Assembly: GCA_050701935.1 (NCBI GenBank)
Contig: JBOGEI010000001.1
Coordinates: forward strand, 1-62,187
Direction: 5' to 3'
DNA length: 62,187 bases
Origin: Microbacterium sp.
GTDB lineage: Bacteria > Actinomycetota > Actinomycetes > Actinomycetales > Microbacteriaceae
Shown here piece by piece: positions 27,714 through 36,617 of this stretch. The translations under genes and the position numbers were made by a program. The notes under the pieces were generated by a model. The model did no database searches, was not told where the DNA came from, and saw nothing but the letters and a program-made list of their open reading frames with translations. Each line of letters begins with the position of its first letter. The stretch's first letter is position 1.

Positions 27714-29846
27714 ATGCCCCTCGAACCCTTCCGCCTCACCGAGAACCTCCGCACGAAGACCACCCCTGAACTCCTCGACCGCGACCGTGCGCAGCTCCGG
27801 CGGATCGCGGACACGCTGGAGGATCAACGCGCCGAGGTGGCGCTGCGCCTTACCGAGGTGCGACGTCGGAACGCCGAGTTCGGCGATGCCGCTGTGGACC
27901 GCGATCTGGAGATCCGACGGTTGAGCGCACGTCTTCGGGTGCTGGAGCGCTTCGGCATCGACATCTGCCTCGGGCGGATGACACCCGATCGTGGCGAGCC
28001 GATCTACATCGGCCGCATCGGGCTGGCCGCTCCCGACGGCACCCGCCTCCTCGTCGACTGGCGGACGCCTGCGGCCGAGCCGTACTTCGCCGCGACCATG
28101 GAGGATCCACGAGGGATCATCTCCCGTCGTCGATACCGCTGGACCGACGGCCACATCAGCGACTACTGGGACGAAGCGCTGACGCCGGCGGCGTTCGATG
28201 CGGCGGCGTCCCTCGACGACCAGTCCGCGTTCATCGCCAGCCTCGGAGCCAGGCGCACCTCGAGGATGCGCGACGTGCTCGCGACGATCCAGGCCGATCA
28301 GGACGCGATCATCCGCACCCCCTCCGCGGGCGCGCTCGTCGTCGACGGCGGTCCCGGCACGGGCAAGACGGTCGTGGCCCTGCATCGCGCCGCGCACCTC
28401 CTCTACGCGGAGCCCCGGCTGACGCAGAGCGCCGGGGGCATGCTGCTGGTCGGACCCAACGCGCACTATCTCGCGTACGTCGAGGACGTGCTTCCCAGTC
28501 TCGGCGAGGACGCGGTGCGGCTGTGCACACTGCGCGATCTCGTTGCGGAGGGGGCGACGGCGGTCGAGGAGCCGAACCCCAGGGTCGCTGTGCTGAAAGC
28601 GTCGCTCGACCCCGGCGCGGTGCTCGATGCCGCAGCCAGGTCGTTCGAGCGCCCACCGCAGCACGCGATGCGGTTCGAATCCCCGTGGGCCGATCTCTGG
28701 ATCAGCCGCGACGAGTGGGCGGAGCTGTTCTCAGGAGTCGACCCCGCCGCGTCGCACAACGAGGGGCGCGACGAGGTGTGGGAGGAGGTCTTGGAACTCC
28801 TCGTCGACCAGGTCGGTGACGAAGATGTCCCACCGCACGTCGTCAGGCGATGGCTGCGCCAGGAGGATGAGCTCACCGGAGCGTTCGTGCGTGCCTGGCC
28901 CCTGCTCTCTCCGGCTTCGGTGGTCGAGCGGCTGTGGACATCTCCCGAGTTCCTGCGGCGATGCGCCCCGAGCCTCTCCTCCACCGATATCGCGCTCCTG
29001 CAACGCGATGCCGGAGAGCGCTGGAGCGTCGCAGACCTCCCGTTCCTCGATGCCGCCCGCCGCCGTATCGGCGATCCCGACTCCGTCCGCGAGGAGCACC
29101 GGCGTCAGGCGGTGATCGCCTCTGCTCAGGAGCAGATCTCCCATGTCGTCGACCACCTGATCGAAGACGACGACAGTGAGATGAAGGTCATGTCCATCCT
29201 GCGCGGACAAGATGCGAGGAACGTGCTGCTCGGGGTCGACGCACCACCCGCCCTCACCCCGGACGAGCTGGCGGGACCGTTCGGGCACGTCGTCGTCGAT
29301 GAGGCGCAGGAGCTCACCGACGCCGAGTGGCGGATGCTCGTCGCACGCTGCCCCTCGCGCAGCTTCACCATCGTCGGCGATCGCGCACAGGCGCGGCACG
29401 GGTTCACCGAGAGTTGGGAGGCGCGACTTGCCAGCGTGGGAATCCGCGACGTCAGGATCGCGCACCTGGGGGTGAACTACAGGACGCCGAGCGAAGTGAT
29501 GGAGATCGCAGCGCCCGCCATTCTCGAGGCGATCCCGGATGCGAACGTGCCGATGTCGGTGCGCGAGAGCGGAGCGCCGGTGCGATACGAGGTCGCCCCC
29601 TCCCTTCCTCATCTGTTGCGCACCTGGCTCGCCTCACATGCGGAAGGGGTGGCGTGCGTGATAGGCAGCACCGACTTCGCCCCGACACCGCGGGTTCGAG
29701 CGTTGACCCCGGAGGGCGCGAAAGGCCTCGAGTTCGATCTGGTCGTCCTGGTGCACCCCGAGCAGTTCGGCGACGATGTCACAGGTGCAGTGGATCGCTA
29801 CGTGGCCATGACCCGCACCACGCGCGAGCTCGTCGTCCTCGGGTGA
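27714..29846 (+). CDS. helR: RNA polymerase-recycling ATPase HelR (HelD family, rifamycin target protection)
   Basis: YIGRIG and LVDWRTPAAEPYF N-terminal domain, TIQADQD, GGPGTGKT, DEAQE, GDRAQ, KGLEFD, YVAMTR; upstream RAE. Confidence 0.88.
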   Translation: MPLEPFRLTENLRTKTTPELLDRDRAQLRRIADTLEDQRAEVALRLTEVRRRNAEFGDAAVDRDLEIRRLSARLRVLERFGIDICLGRMTPDRGEPIYIGRIGLAAPDGTRLLVDWRTPAAEPYFAATMEDPRGIISRRRYRWTDGHISDYWDEALTPAAFDAAASLDDQSAFIASLGARRTSRMRDVLATIQADQDAIIRTPSAGALVVDGGPGTGKTVVALHRAAHLLYAEPRLTQSAGGMLLVGPNAHYLAYVEDVLPSLGEDAVRLCTLRDLVAEGATAVEEPNPRVAVLKASLDPGAVLDAAARSFERPPQHAMRFESPWADLWISRDEWAELFSGVDPAASHNEGRDEVWEEVLELLVDQVGDEDVPPHVVRRWLRQEDELTGAFVRAWPLLSPASVVERLWTSPEFLRRCAPSLSSTDIALLQRDAGERWSVADLPFLDAARRRIGDPDSVREEHRRQAVIASAQEQISHVVDHLIEDDDSEMKVMSILRGQDARNVLLGVDAPPALTPDELAGPFGHVVVDEAQELTDAEWRMLVARCPSRSFTIVGDRAQARHGFTESWEARLASVGIRDVRIAHLGVNYRTPSEVMEIAAPAILEAIPDANVPMSVRESGAPVRYEVAPSLPHLLRTWLASHAEGVACVIGSTDFAPTPRVRALTPEGAKGLEFDLVVLVHPEQFGDDVTGAVDRYVAMTRTTRELVVLG

Positions 29847-29867
29847 GAGAGCACGGACCTTGCGCCT

Positions 29868-30692
29868 TCAGCCCACGAGCGCCCGACCGGCGCGGGCCTG
29901 CCATCGCTCGTCGCGGTGCTCGATCCGGATGGGGTAGTCGAACGCCTCGGTCACGAGAGCGGTCGTGAGGACATCACTCGCAGGCCCCTGCGCCACGATC
30001 TCGCCCTTCGAGACCAGAGCTGCATGCGTGGTCGACCCTGGCAGCTCCTCGAGGTGGTGCGTCACGAGCACTGTCGCGAGATCGGGCTGCGCGTCGTGCA
30101 GCAGGTCGAGGGTCTCGAGGAACTGCTCCCTGGCGGCGACGTCGAGGCCCGTGGACGGCTCGTCGAGCAGCAGCAGCGCGGGGTCCGGCAACAGCGCTCG
30201 CGCGATCAGAGCCCTGCCGCGCTCGCCCTGCGACATGGTCGGCCAGGTGGCGTCCTCCCGGCCGCCGAGCCCCAGCATCCCGATGAGGTGATCCGCCCTC
30301 GTGATGATCGACGGCGAGGGTTCCCAGCGGTTCATCATCTCCGTCGTCCCCGTCGCACCGGTCAGCACCACCTGTCGCACCGTCAGCGGCGAGCGCAGCG
30401 GATGACGCGGATTCACATGTCCGATCGATTCCCGCAATCGGCGGATCTCGACACGTCCGAGTCGCTGGCCGAGCACGTGCACGGATCCTCTGGTCGGGTG
30501 CGCCTCTGCGCCGCACATGCTCAGGATCGTGCTCTTGCCCGCTCCATTGGGGCCGATGAGGGCCCAGTGCTCTCCCGCCCGGACGGTGAGGTCGATGCCG
30601 GCAAGAATCCGGCGCGAGCTGCGGACGACGTCGACTCCGCTCAGCACCAGCACCTCGGACCGGTGGTTCGCCTGACGCTCCTCCCCGGTCAT
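29868..30692 (-). CDS. ABC transporter ATP-binding protein (ModF-like), no permease adjacent
   Basis: GPNGAGKS, MSQGE signature, LLLDEP, VTHH. Confidence 0.88.
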   Translation of the reverse strand: MTGEERQANHRSEVLVLSGVDVVRSSRRILAGIDLTVRAGEHWALIGPNGAGKSTILSMCGAEAHPTRGSVHVLGQRLGRVEIRRLRESIGHVNPRHPLRSPLTVRQVVLTGATGTTEMMNRWEPSPSIITRADHLIGMLGLGGREDATWPTMSQGERGRALIARALLPDPALLLLDEPSTGLDVAAREQFLETLDLLHDAQPDLATVLVTHHLEELPGSTTHAALVSKGEIVAQGPASDVLTTALVTEAFDYPIRIEHRDERWQARAGRALVG

Positions 30693-31357
30693 ACGAGCGC
30701 GTCCCGCAGGGTGAGGAGGTGTGCCCGGCTCCGCGCGGCGGCGGCGGCCTCGTCGCGGTCGGCGATCGCGTCCACTTGGGCGGCATGCGCGTCGTGGTCG
30801 GCATCGTCGCCGAACTCGCGGCGAATCCGGAGCATCTCGATCATGGCCTCGCGCAGCCGTGGGGTGAAGCTGTCGAACAGGTCGAGGAGGACGGAGTTGT
30901 GCGATGCGGCGACGATCGTCCGGTGGAACGCGGTGTCGGCATCGACATGGCTCTCGATGTCGGAACGGTGCGCACCGCGATCAGCCAGGGCGCGGCGGAT
31001 GCTGCGCAGATCGGCGGGCGTGCGCCGCATGGCGGCGAGCATGGCGGCTTCGGTCTCGATCGCGATGCGCGCTTCGATCACCGCGACGATGCCGGCTCTG
31101 CGCAGCACCGCATCCCAATCCTCGGGAGCATCGAGCGCGGTCACGAAGACGCCGGCACCCTGTCGAGAGGCCAGCACCCCACGCCCGGCGAGCTGGCGGA
31201 TCGCCTCGCGCACGGTGGAACGGCCGACTCCGAGCTGCGGCGCGAGCGTCGTCTCTCCTGGCAGCTTCTCCCCCAGCGCCCATTCTCCGGCGCGGATCCG
31301 CTCCAACAGGAGTTCCGCGGCCTGATCCGCCAAGGGTTCTCGCCTCACCTGAGCCAT
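30689..31357 (-). CDS. FadR/GntR-family regulator (FCD domain)
   Basis: wHTH LPGETTLAPQLGVGRSTVREA, DTAFH, C-terminal His residues. Confidence 0.9.
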   Translation of the reverse strand: MAQVRREPLADQAAELLLERIRAGEWALGEKLPGETTLAPQLGVGRSTVREAIRQLAGRGVLASRQGAGVFVTALDAPEDWDAVLRRAGIVAVIEARIAIETEAAMLAAMRRTPADLRSIRRALADRGAHRSDIESHVDADTAFHRTIVAASHNSVLLDLFDSFTPRLREAMIEMLRIRREFGDDADHDAHAAQVDAIADRDEAAAAARSRAHLLTLRDALV

Positions 31358-31380
31358 GGGCCTCTCCGAATCTCTCGTCT

Positions 31381-31395
31381 ACTTGTCTGAGGAGT
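31381..31395. promoter_or_regulatory. Putative FadR-type operator
   Basis: Imperfect palindrome ACTTGTC-T-GAGGAGT between the divergent fadR gene and the leuA leader. Confidence 0.4.
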
Positions 31396-31412
31396 TGTGT
31401 TACAGTCTAGCC

Positions 31413-31460
31413 ATGTTCTCGTCAGAGCACCTTCTTCTTCGCCGCCACGGCGGGACGTAG
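31413..31460 (+). CDS. Leucine leader peptide MFSSEHLLLRRHGGT
   Basis: ATG...CTT CTT CTT...TAG upstream of leuA; extended -10 TGT-TACAGT 6 nt before the ATG. Confidence 0.8.
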   Translation: MFSSEHLLLRRHGGT

Positions 31461-31530
31461 CCGGACCGGCTCCCCGTCGTGGAGTCGAACGTGTGCCGGT
31501 CGCATCCCCGAAGCAGGAAGCAGCACCGCC
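31413..31530 (+). promoter_or_regulatory. LEU element-like attenuator of leuA
   Basis: CCACGGCGGG (31445-31454) can pair with CCCGTCGTGG (31473-31482), overlapping the end of the leader ORF; no U-rich terminator seen. Confidence 0.65.
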
Positions 31531-33327
31531 ATGACCACGACATCTTCTCCCCGCGTATCCACCCCCGCCGGGCCCGTCCCCGAGAACGCCCCCTCCTGGA
31601 ACCGTCAGCGGCACTCCCAGATGCCCTCTCATCGCTACCGCGACGTGTACTCCCGCGTCGAGGTGCCGTTGACCGCACGGGACTGGCCGACTCGTCGGCT
31701 GACTACGGCGCCGCTGTGGGTACCTGTCGACCTGCGGGACGGCAACCAGGCCCTCGCCGAGCCGATGGATCCCGAGCGCAAGCGCCGCTTCTTCGAGCTG
31801 ATGGTGAGGATGGGCTACAAGGAGATCGAGGTCGGATACCCGTCGGCCTCGCAGACCGACTATGACTTCGTGCGGCTGATCGCGGAGAGCGACATCGCTC
31901 CGGAGGACGTGACGATCGTGGTGTTCACTCCCGCGCGTCGCGACCTCATCGAGCGCACGGTCGCCTCGATCCAGGGAATCGCCAATCCGGTCGTCATCCA
32001 CATGTACACCGCGACCGCACCGACGTGGCGCAGCATGGTGCTCGGCCACGACTCCGAAGACCTGAAGCAGGTCATCCTCTCCGGCGGACGTGACGTGTGG
32101 GAGTTCGCAGGAGACATGCCGAACGTGCGGTTCGAGTTCTCCCCCGAGGTGTTCAACCTCACCGAACCCGACTATGTGATCGACATCTGCGATGCGATGA
32201 CCGCGCTGTGGCAGGCCACACCCGAGCGTCCGGTGATCCTCAACCTCCCGGCCACGGTCGAGGTCGCCACCCCGAACGTGTATGCCGACCAGATCGAGTA
32301 CATGCACAAGAACCTCGCACGCCGCGATGCCGTGATCCTCTCGGTGCACCCCCACAACGACCGCGGCACCGGCATCGCCTGTGCCGAGCTCGCGGTGCTG
32401 GCAGGGGCCCAGCGGGTCGAAGGGTGCATCTTCGGCAACGGAGAACGCACCGGCAACGTCGACCTCGCGACGCTCGCCCTGAACCTGCACGCGCAGGGCG
32501 TGGACCCGATGATCGACTTCTCCGACATCGACGAGATCCGCCGCACGGTCGAACACTGCAACCGGATCGACGTGCATGCCCGCCACCCCTACGTCGGCGA
32601 CCTGGTGCACACGGCGTTCAGCGGCACGCACCAGGACGCGATCAAGAAGGGGTTCGCCGAGCATCGCGCCAGGGCCGCAGCCGAGGGGCGCGCCGAACGT
32701 GAGATCGAATGGCGCGTTCCCTACCTGCCGATCGACCCCGCCGACATCGGCCGTGACTACGACGCGGTGATCCGCGTGAACTCGCAGTCGGGCAAGGGAG
32801 GCATCGCCTACCTGCTGGAGACCGAGTACGGGATCGAACTGCCCCGTCGACTGCAGATCGACTTCGCGCGGCACGTGCAACAGCACACCGACGCGACGGG
32901 CACCGAGGTCACGGCCGCCGGATTGTGGGTCGTCTTCGAGGAGGTCTACCTCTGCACCGACACCGACCCGGACGCCGGTATCGTGCTCGTCTCGTACGAC
33001 ACGGCCGAGACCGAAGGGAGGCCCCGCACTCGGATCACTGTGCGCATCGACGGGCGCGAGCACACCACCACCTTCACGGCCGGCGGCCCTGTCGAAGCTC
33101 TCACCGCAGCGCTCGACGCCCACGGCTTCATGGTCGACGTCCTCAGCCTGCACCAGACCAGCGTGGGCTCCGGTGCCGAGAGCGACGCCCTGACCCTCAT
33201 CGAGCACCGCACCGATCACGGCAGCGTCTGGTCGGCCGGACGGGGAAGATCCGTCGTCTCCGCGAGTCTGTCCGCCGTGATCGCGGCCGCGAACAGCATG
33301 GGATCCACTCATCGCAGTGCACGCTGA
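31531..33327 (+). CDS. leuA: 2-isopropylmalate synthase (actinobacterial/yeast type)
   Basis: DLRDGNQAL, KEIEVGYPSAS, HPHNDRG, GNGERTGN, NSQSGKGG. Confidence 0.92.
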   Translation: MTTTSSPRVSTPAGPVPENAPSWNRQRHSQMPSHRYRDVYSRVEVPLTARDWPTRRLTTAPLWVPVDLRDGNQALAEPMDPERKRRFFELMVRMGYKEIEVGYPSASQTDYDFVRLIAESDIAPEDVTIVVFTPARRDLIERTVASIQGIANPVVIHMYTATAPTWRSMVLGHDSEDLKQVILSGGRDVWEFAGDMPNVRFEFSPEVFNLTEPDYVIDICDAMTALWQATPERPVILNLPATVEVATPNVYADQIEYMHKNLARRDAVILSVHPHNDRGTGIACAELAVLAGAQRVEGCIFGNGERTGNVDLATLALNLHAQGVDPMIDFSDIDEIRRTVEHCNRIDVHARHPYVGDLVHTAFSGTHQDAIKKGFAEHRARAAAEGRAEREIEWRVPYLPIDPADIGRDYDAVIRVNSQSGKGGIAYLLETEYGIELPRRLQIDFARHVQQHTDATGTEVTAAGLWVVFEEVYLCTDTDPDAGIVLVSYDTAETEGRPRTRITVRIDGREHTTTFTAGGPVEALTAALDAHGFMVDVLSLHQTSVGSGAESDALTLIEHRTDHGSVWSAGRGRSVVSASLSAVIAAANSMGSTHRSAR

Positions 33328-33471
33328 CGAGGGCTCGCCGAATCCCCCTCTCGGGACCGACCATCGACTTCGACGACGACCCGAGTCAGGACCGAACCCG
33401 TGCGATGCGCCGGTGACCTGCGTAGGCGATCCCACCGACGAGAAGCAGGCCCAGCGCGGTCCAGACCGGGC

Positions 33472-34056
33472 TCAGTCCGGGTCGCCGACGTGGCCGGGAG
33501 CGGTGAGGGAGAGCACCCGGTCGACGAAGGCCGCGTACTCCTCCATGTAGTGCGAGAGGAACTTCCTCGTGCCGTCGTCTTCGACCGTCCCGTCCGGGCC
33601 GAACATGTCGGGGCGATACGTCAGGTAGGCCTCGGGGGCGTTGAGTTGCGGAGCGTTGAGAAAGCTCAGCACGCTGCGCATCGACGACTGCATGACAGCG
33701 GTGCCGATCGCACCGGTGGAAGCACCGATGATGCCTGTGGGTTTGCGTGCGAACGAGTTGTGCCCCCAGGGGCGCGAACCCCAGTCGATCGCGTTCTTCA
33801 GCGCTCCGGGAATCGAGCGGTTGTACTCGGGCGAGACGATCAGAAGACCCTCTGCCCCCTCGACGGCTCTCTTGAACTCGGCGACGGCGGCGACCGGCTC
33901 GAGCTCGTCGTCACGGTTGTACAGCGGCAGGTCGCGAATGGGGATCTCGACCATCTGGAGGCTGGGCGGCGCAAGCTTCACGAGCGCGGTCGCGAGAACG
34001 CGGTTGATGGAGTCGTGGGCGAGGCTTCCGATGAGGTAGCCGATCCGGTGAGTCAT
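33472..34056 (-). CDS. NADPH-dependent FMN reductase (chromate reductase-like)
   Basis: GSLxxxSIN and PEYNRSIPGALKNAIDWGSRP. Confidence 0.9.
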   Translation of the reverse strand: MTHRIGYLIGSLAHDSINRVLATALVKLAPPSLQMVEIPIRDLPLYNRDDELEPVAAVAEFKRAVEGAEGLLIVSPEYNRSIPGALKNAIDWGSRPWGHNSFARKPTGIIGASTGAIGTAVMQSSMRSVLSFLNAPQLNAPEAYLTYRPDMFGPDGTVEDDGTRKFLSHYMEEYAAFVDRVLSLTAPGHVGDPD

Positions 34057-34132
34057 GCGGAGTCTCCCTTGTTCGTCGCGTTCAGGATAGCCCCGTGCCT
34101 CTGCGCCGCAATCCGCGCAGAGAGCACCGGAT

Positions 34133-34675
34133 TCAATGCACGAGAGCCTTGAGCACCACGAAGACGACCCCGAATGATGCCGTTCCCAAGGCTCCGAAGA
34201 TGCGCGTCGTAAGGGGGCTCCCCCGACGGAGGAAGGCGACGTAGCCGAGGAAGGCGAGGATGACGACGCCGGACCAGAGCGCGAGATCGTTGGCGAGTCC
34301 GTCGGGGATGACGCGGGTCGTGCCCGCCAGCAGGAACGCCGCCGGTACCGTCGCCGAGCTGAGCATGCCGAGGGAGTGCTTCACGGAAGCTGCGAACGCC
34401 GCCCGCACGCCGACATCCTCACCCTGCTCGCGCTCGTCCCGATCGCTGACCCTCGCCACGGTGCCCGCATAGACGTGCGCACCCCAGAACACCAGGACGG
34501 TGACGGCGACCGTCACGAGCACCACCAGTGACGTCTCGCCGTGTGCGGACGACACCGCGACCAGTCCGCTCACCAGAATCGTGCCGTAGACCGCGGCCTC
34601 CGTGCCGAACCCTGAACGCAGAGCCCTGTGCACCCGGAGTATCCCGTCGTCCGCAGCCGTCCTCCGCCTGTTCAT
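34133..34675 (-). CDS. Hypothetical membrane protein
   Basis: VYGTILVSGL and FWGAHVYA; 4-5 TM segments ending LKALVH. Confidence 0.7.
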   Translation of the reverse strand: MNRRRTAADDGILRVHRALRSGFGTEAAVYGTILVSGLVAVSSAHGETSLVVLVTVAVTVLVFWGAHVYAGTVARVSDRDEREQGEDVGVRAAFAASVKHSLGMLSSATVPAAFLLAGTTRVIPDGLANDLALWSGVVILAFLGYVAFLRRGSPLTTRIFGALGTASFGVVFVVLKALVH

Positions 34676-34723
34676 CTGCGCTGCCGCTCCTCATCCGTCG
34701 TGCCACCACTGCATCGGGTTCCA

Positions 34724-35817
34724 TCATCCCTCGACGCGCAGGGGGACCTTCACGTCACCGCCGGCCTCTTCGGTGATCCGGGCCCCCATCTGCACGAAGG
34801 TCGGCGCCGAGATGAAGCCACCGGCGAACAGGGCCTGGCCTTGCCCGAAGTCCGCCGACCTGCGGATGGCTTCCTCCGATGCGAACCCGAAGACATCGGC
34901 GAGCTCGGCCAGATCTCGCGGCGCGTTGACCCGCATCAGGGCCAGGTTGTCGCACTGCGAGAGCACATTGGGGTGGATCTTCGTCGGCCGCTGCGTGGAG
35001 AGCAGCAGCCAGAGTCCGAACTTGCGCCCCTCGGCGGCGATCTGCACGAGCTGCTCGGTGAGCGCACGTTCGACAGCGGTCTCCGGATTCGGCGAGCAGA
35101 GGTTGTGTGCTTCGTCGATGACGATCAGGACGGGCCGTCGCAACTCACGCCGCGCCCAGAGATGTTCGAGCACAGCGAGGGCCGCGACCTTCGGCTCCGC
35201 AGGATGCTCGAACCCGCCGAGGTCGAGAACCGTCGCCCGGGGGCGCTCATCCACGACATCGACCACAGACGCCGCGCCGCGGGACCACACATTCCATTCC
35301 AGGACCTGCAGGTTCTCGATCCGCTTCGCGAGTTTGGCCTTCCCCGGATCTGCCGACCCGAGCAGGCCGGGCACCATGCCGGCGGCATCCAGCGTCTCAG
35401 CGTTCTGCTCCAGGTGGATCAGGGCGTTGTACTCGTCGGCGTCGGCGATCGGGTCCATCTGCAGCACGGGGCCGCCTTCGACGCCGCCGTGAGGTCCACG
35501 AAGCGCGCATGCAGCCGCTCTCCCTCGCCCGTGCCCGACCGGAAGACCCGGATGTCGGCCTCGGCCACCCTGGCGGCATCCGCGTCGCTCGCCGTGAGTC
35601 TCGTCTCGCGCAGCCGGGTGAAGTCGCCGTTGGGATCGAGGATGAGCATCGGAAGTTCGGTCTCCAGCAGGAGCTGTTCGAGGACCACGCCGAGCGCATA
35701 GGTCTTCCCGCTGCCGCTCTGGCCGACCCAGAACGTGTGCCGGTTGAACCGACGCGCGTCGAGTTCCACGGCGACTTCGGGATCGTCGAGGGCTGTGCCG
35801 ATCGTGAGGTGCGTCAT
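34724..35817 (-). pseudogene. HerA/DUF87-like ATPase split by a frameshift near 35468-35471
   Basis: Walker A GQSGSGKT and LDPNGDF in one frame; IDEAH, EGRKFG and STQRP in another; junction GCC-CC-GTG. Confidence 0.8.
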
Positions 35818-35975
35818 CGTTGCGGTGCGCCTTTCTCCTGCGGGGTCATCTGACCGGTCGGATCGGATCCTCCGACGGTCGTGCTCGACATCTTCCTCGA
35901 TCGGGCGGGCGCGCACCAGCATGAAAGCGCGTCGCAGCCGTGCTCCCGCGGGATGCCCTCCACTATGGTGACAAC

Positions 35976-36617
35976 GTGGGCGCGGAATGGAGACGGCGAG
36001 TGCTCGTCGTCGAGGATCAGGGTGCCCTGCGCATGCTCGTCTGCGACCTGCTCGAGCGTCATGGCTTCCACACGGCAGCTGCCTCCGACGCCGCCGAGGC
36101 GACCCGCCTGTTCACCGAGTTCGACCCGGACGCGCTGCTGACCGACATCGATCTCGGTTCCCGCCCGTCCGGCGCGGAGCTCGCAGCCATGCTCGTCGAA
36201 CTCGCCCCTCACATCGCGGTCGTGTTCCTCAGCAGCTATCCCCGTGCGGCCGCCGGCGCCACGGCGATGGGCATCGAGCAGGCCGTGTTCGTCGCGAAGC
36301 AGGACCTCGACTCGCCGGCGACGCTCCTGTCCGCACTGGAGCGGGCACTGTCGACGCATCCGGCCCCTGAGACGTCTGCCGCGAGCTCTCCCGATCCCCT
36401 GGGAATTCTGACCAGGCATCAACTCGAGATCCTCGCCATGATCGCGCGCGGCTGGTCGAATGAACGCATAGCCGCGGAGACCGGCGGAACTGTGCGTGCT
36501 GTCGAGCGCTCGATCAGCCGCCTCTTCGGGCGCCTCGAGGTGACGCGCGACTCGGCCGTCAATGCCCGAGTGGCTGCGGCCGGGATGTATCTCGCCGCCT
36601 TCGGCCCCGCACGATGA
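35976..36617 (+). CDS. NarL/LuxR-type response regulator
   Basis: Receiver VVED...LTDIDL...LSS...K plus LuxR HTH; TATGGT-N6-GTG start. Confidence 0.85.
   Translation: MGAEWRRRVLVVEDQGALRMLVCDLLERHGFHTAAASDAAEATRLFTEFDPDALLTDIDLGSRPSGAELAAMLVELAPHIAVVFLSSYPRAAAGATAMGIEQAVFVAKQDLDSPATLLSALERALSTHPAPETSAASSPDPLGILTRHQLEILAMIARGWSNERIAAETGGTVRAVERSISRLFGRLEVTRDSAVNARVAAAGMYLAAFGPAR

Noticed and set aside
35460..35480. Programmed ribosomal frameshift in the HerA-like gene
   Set aside because: Joining the frames needs -1, but there is no X-XXY-YYZ heptamer; mutation or sequencing error is simpler
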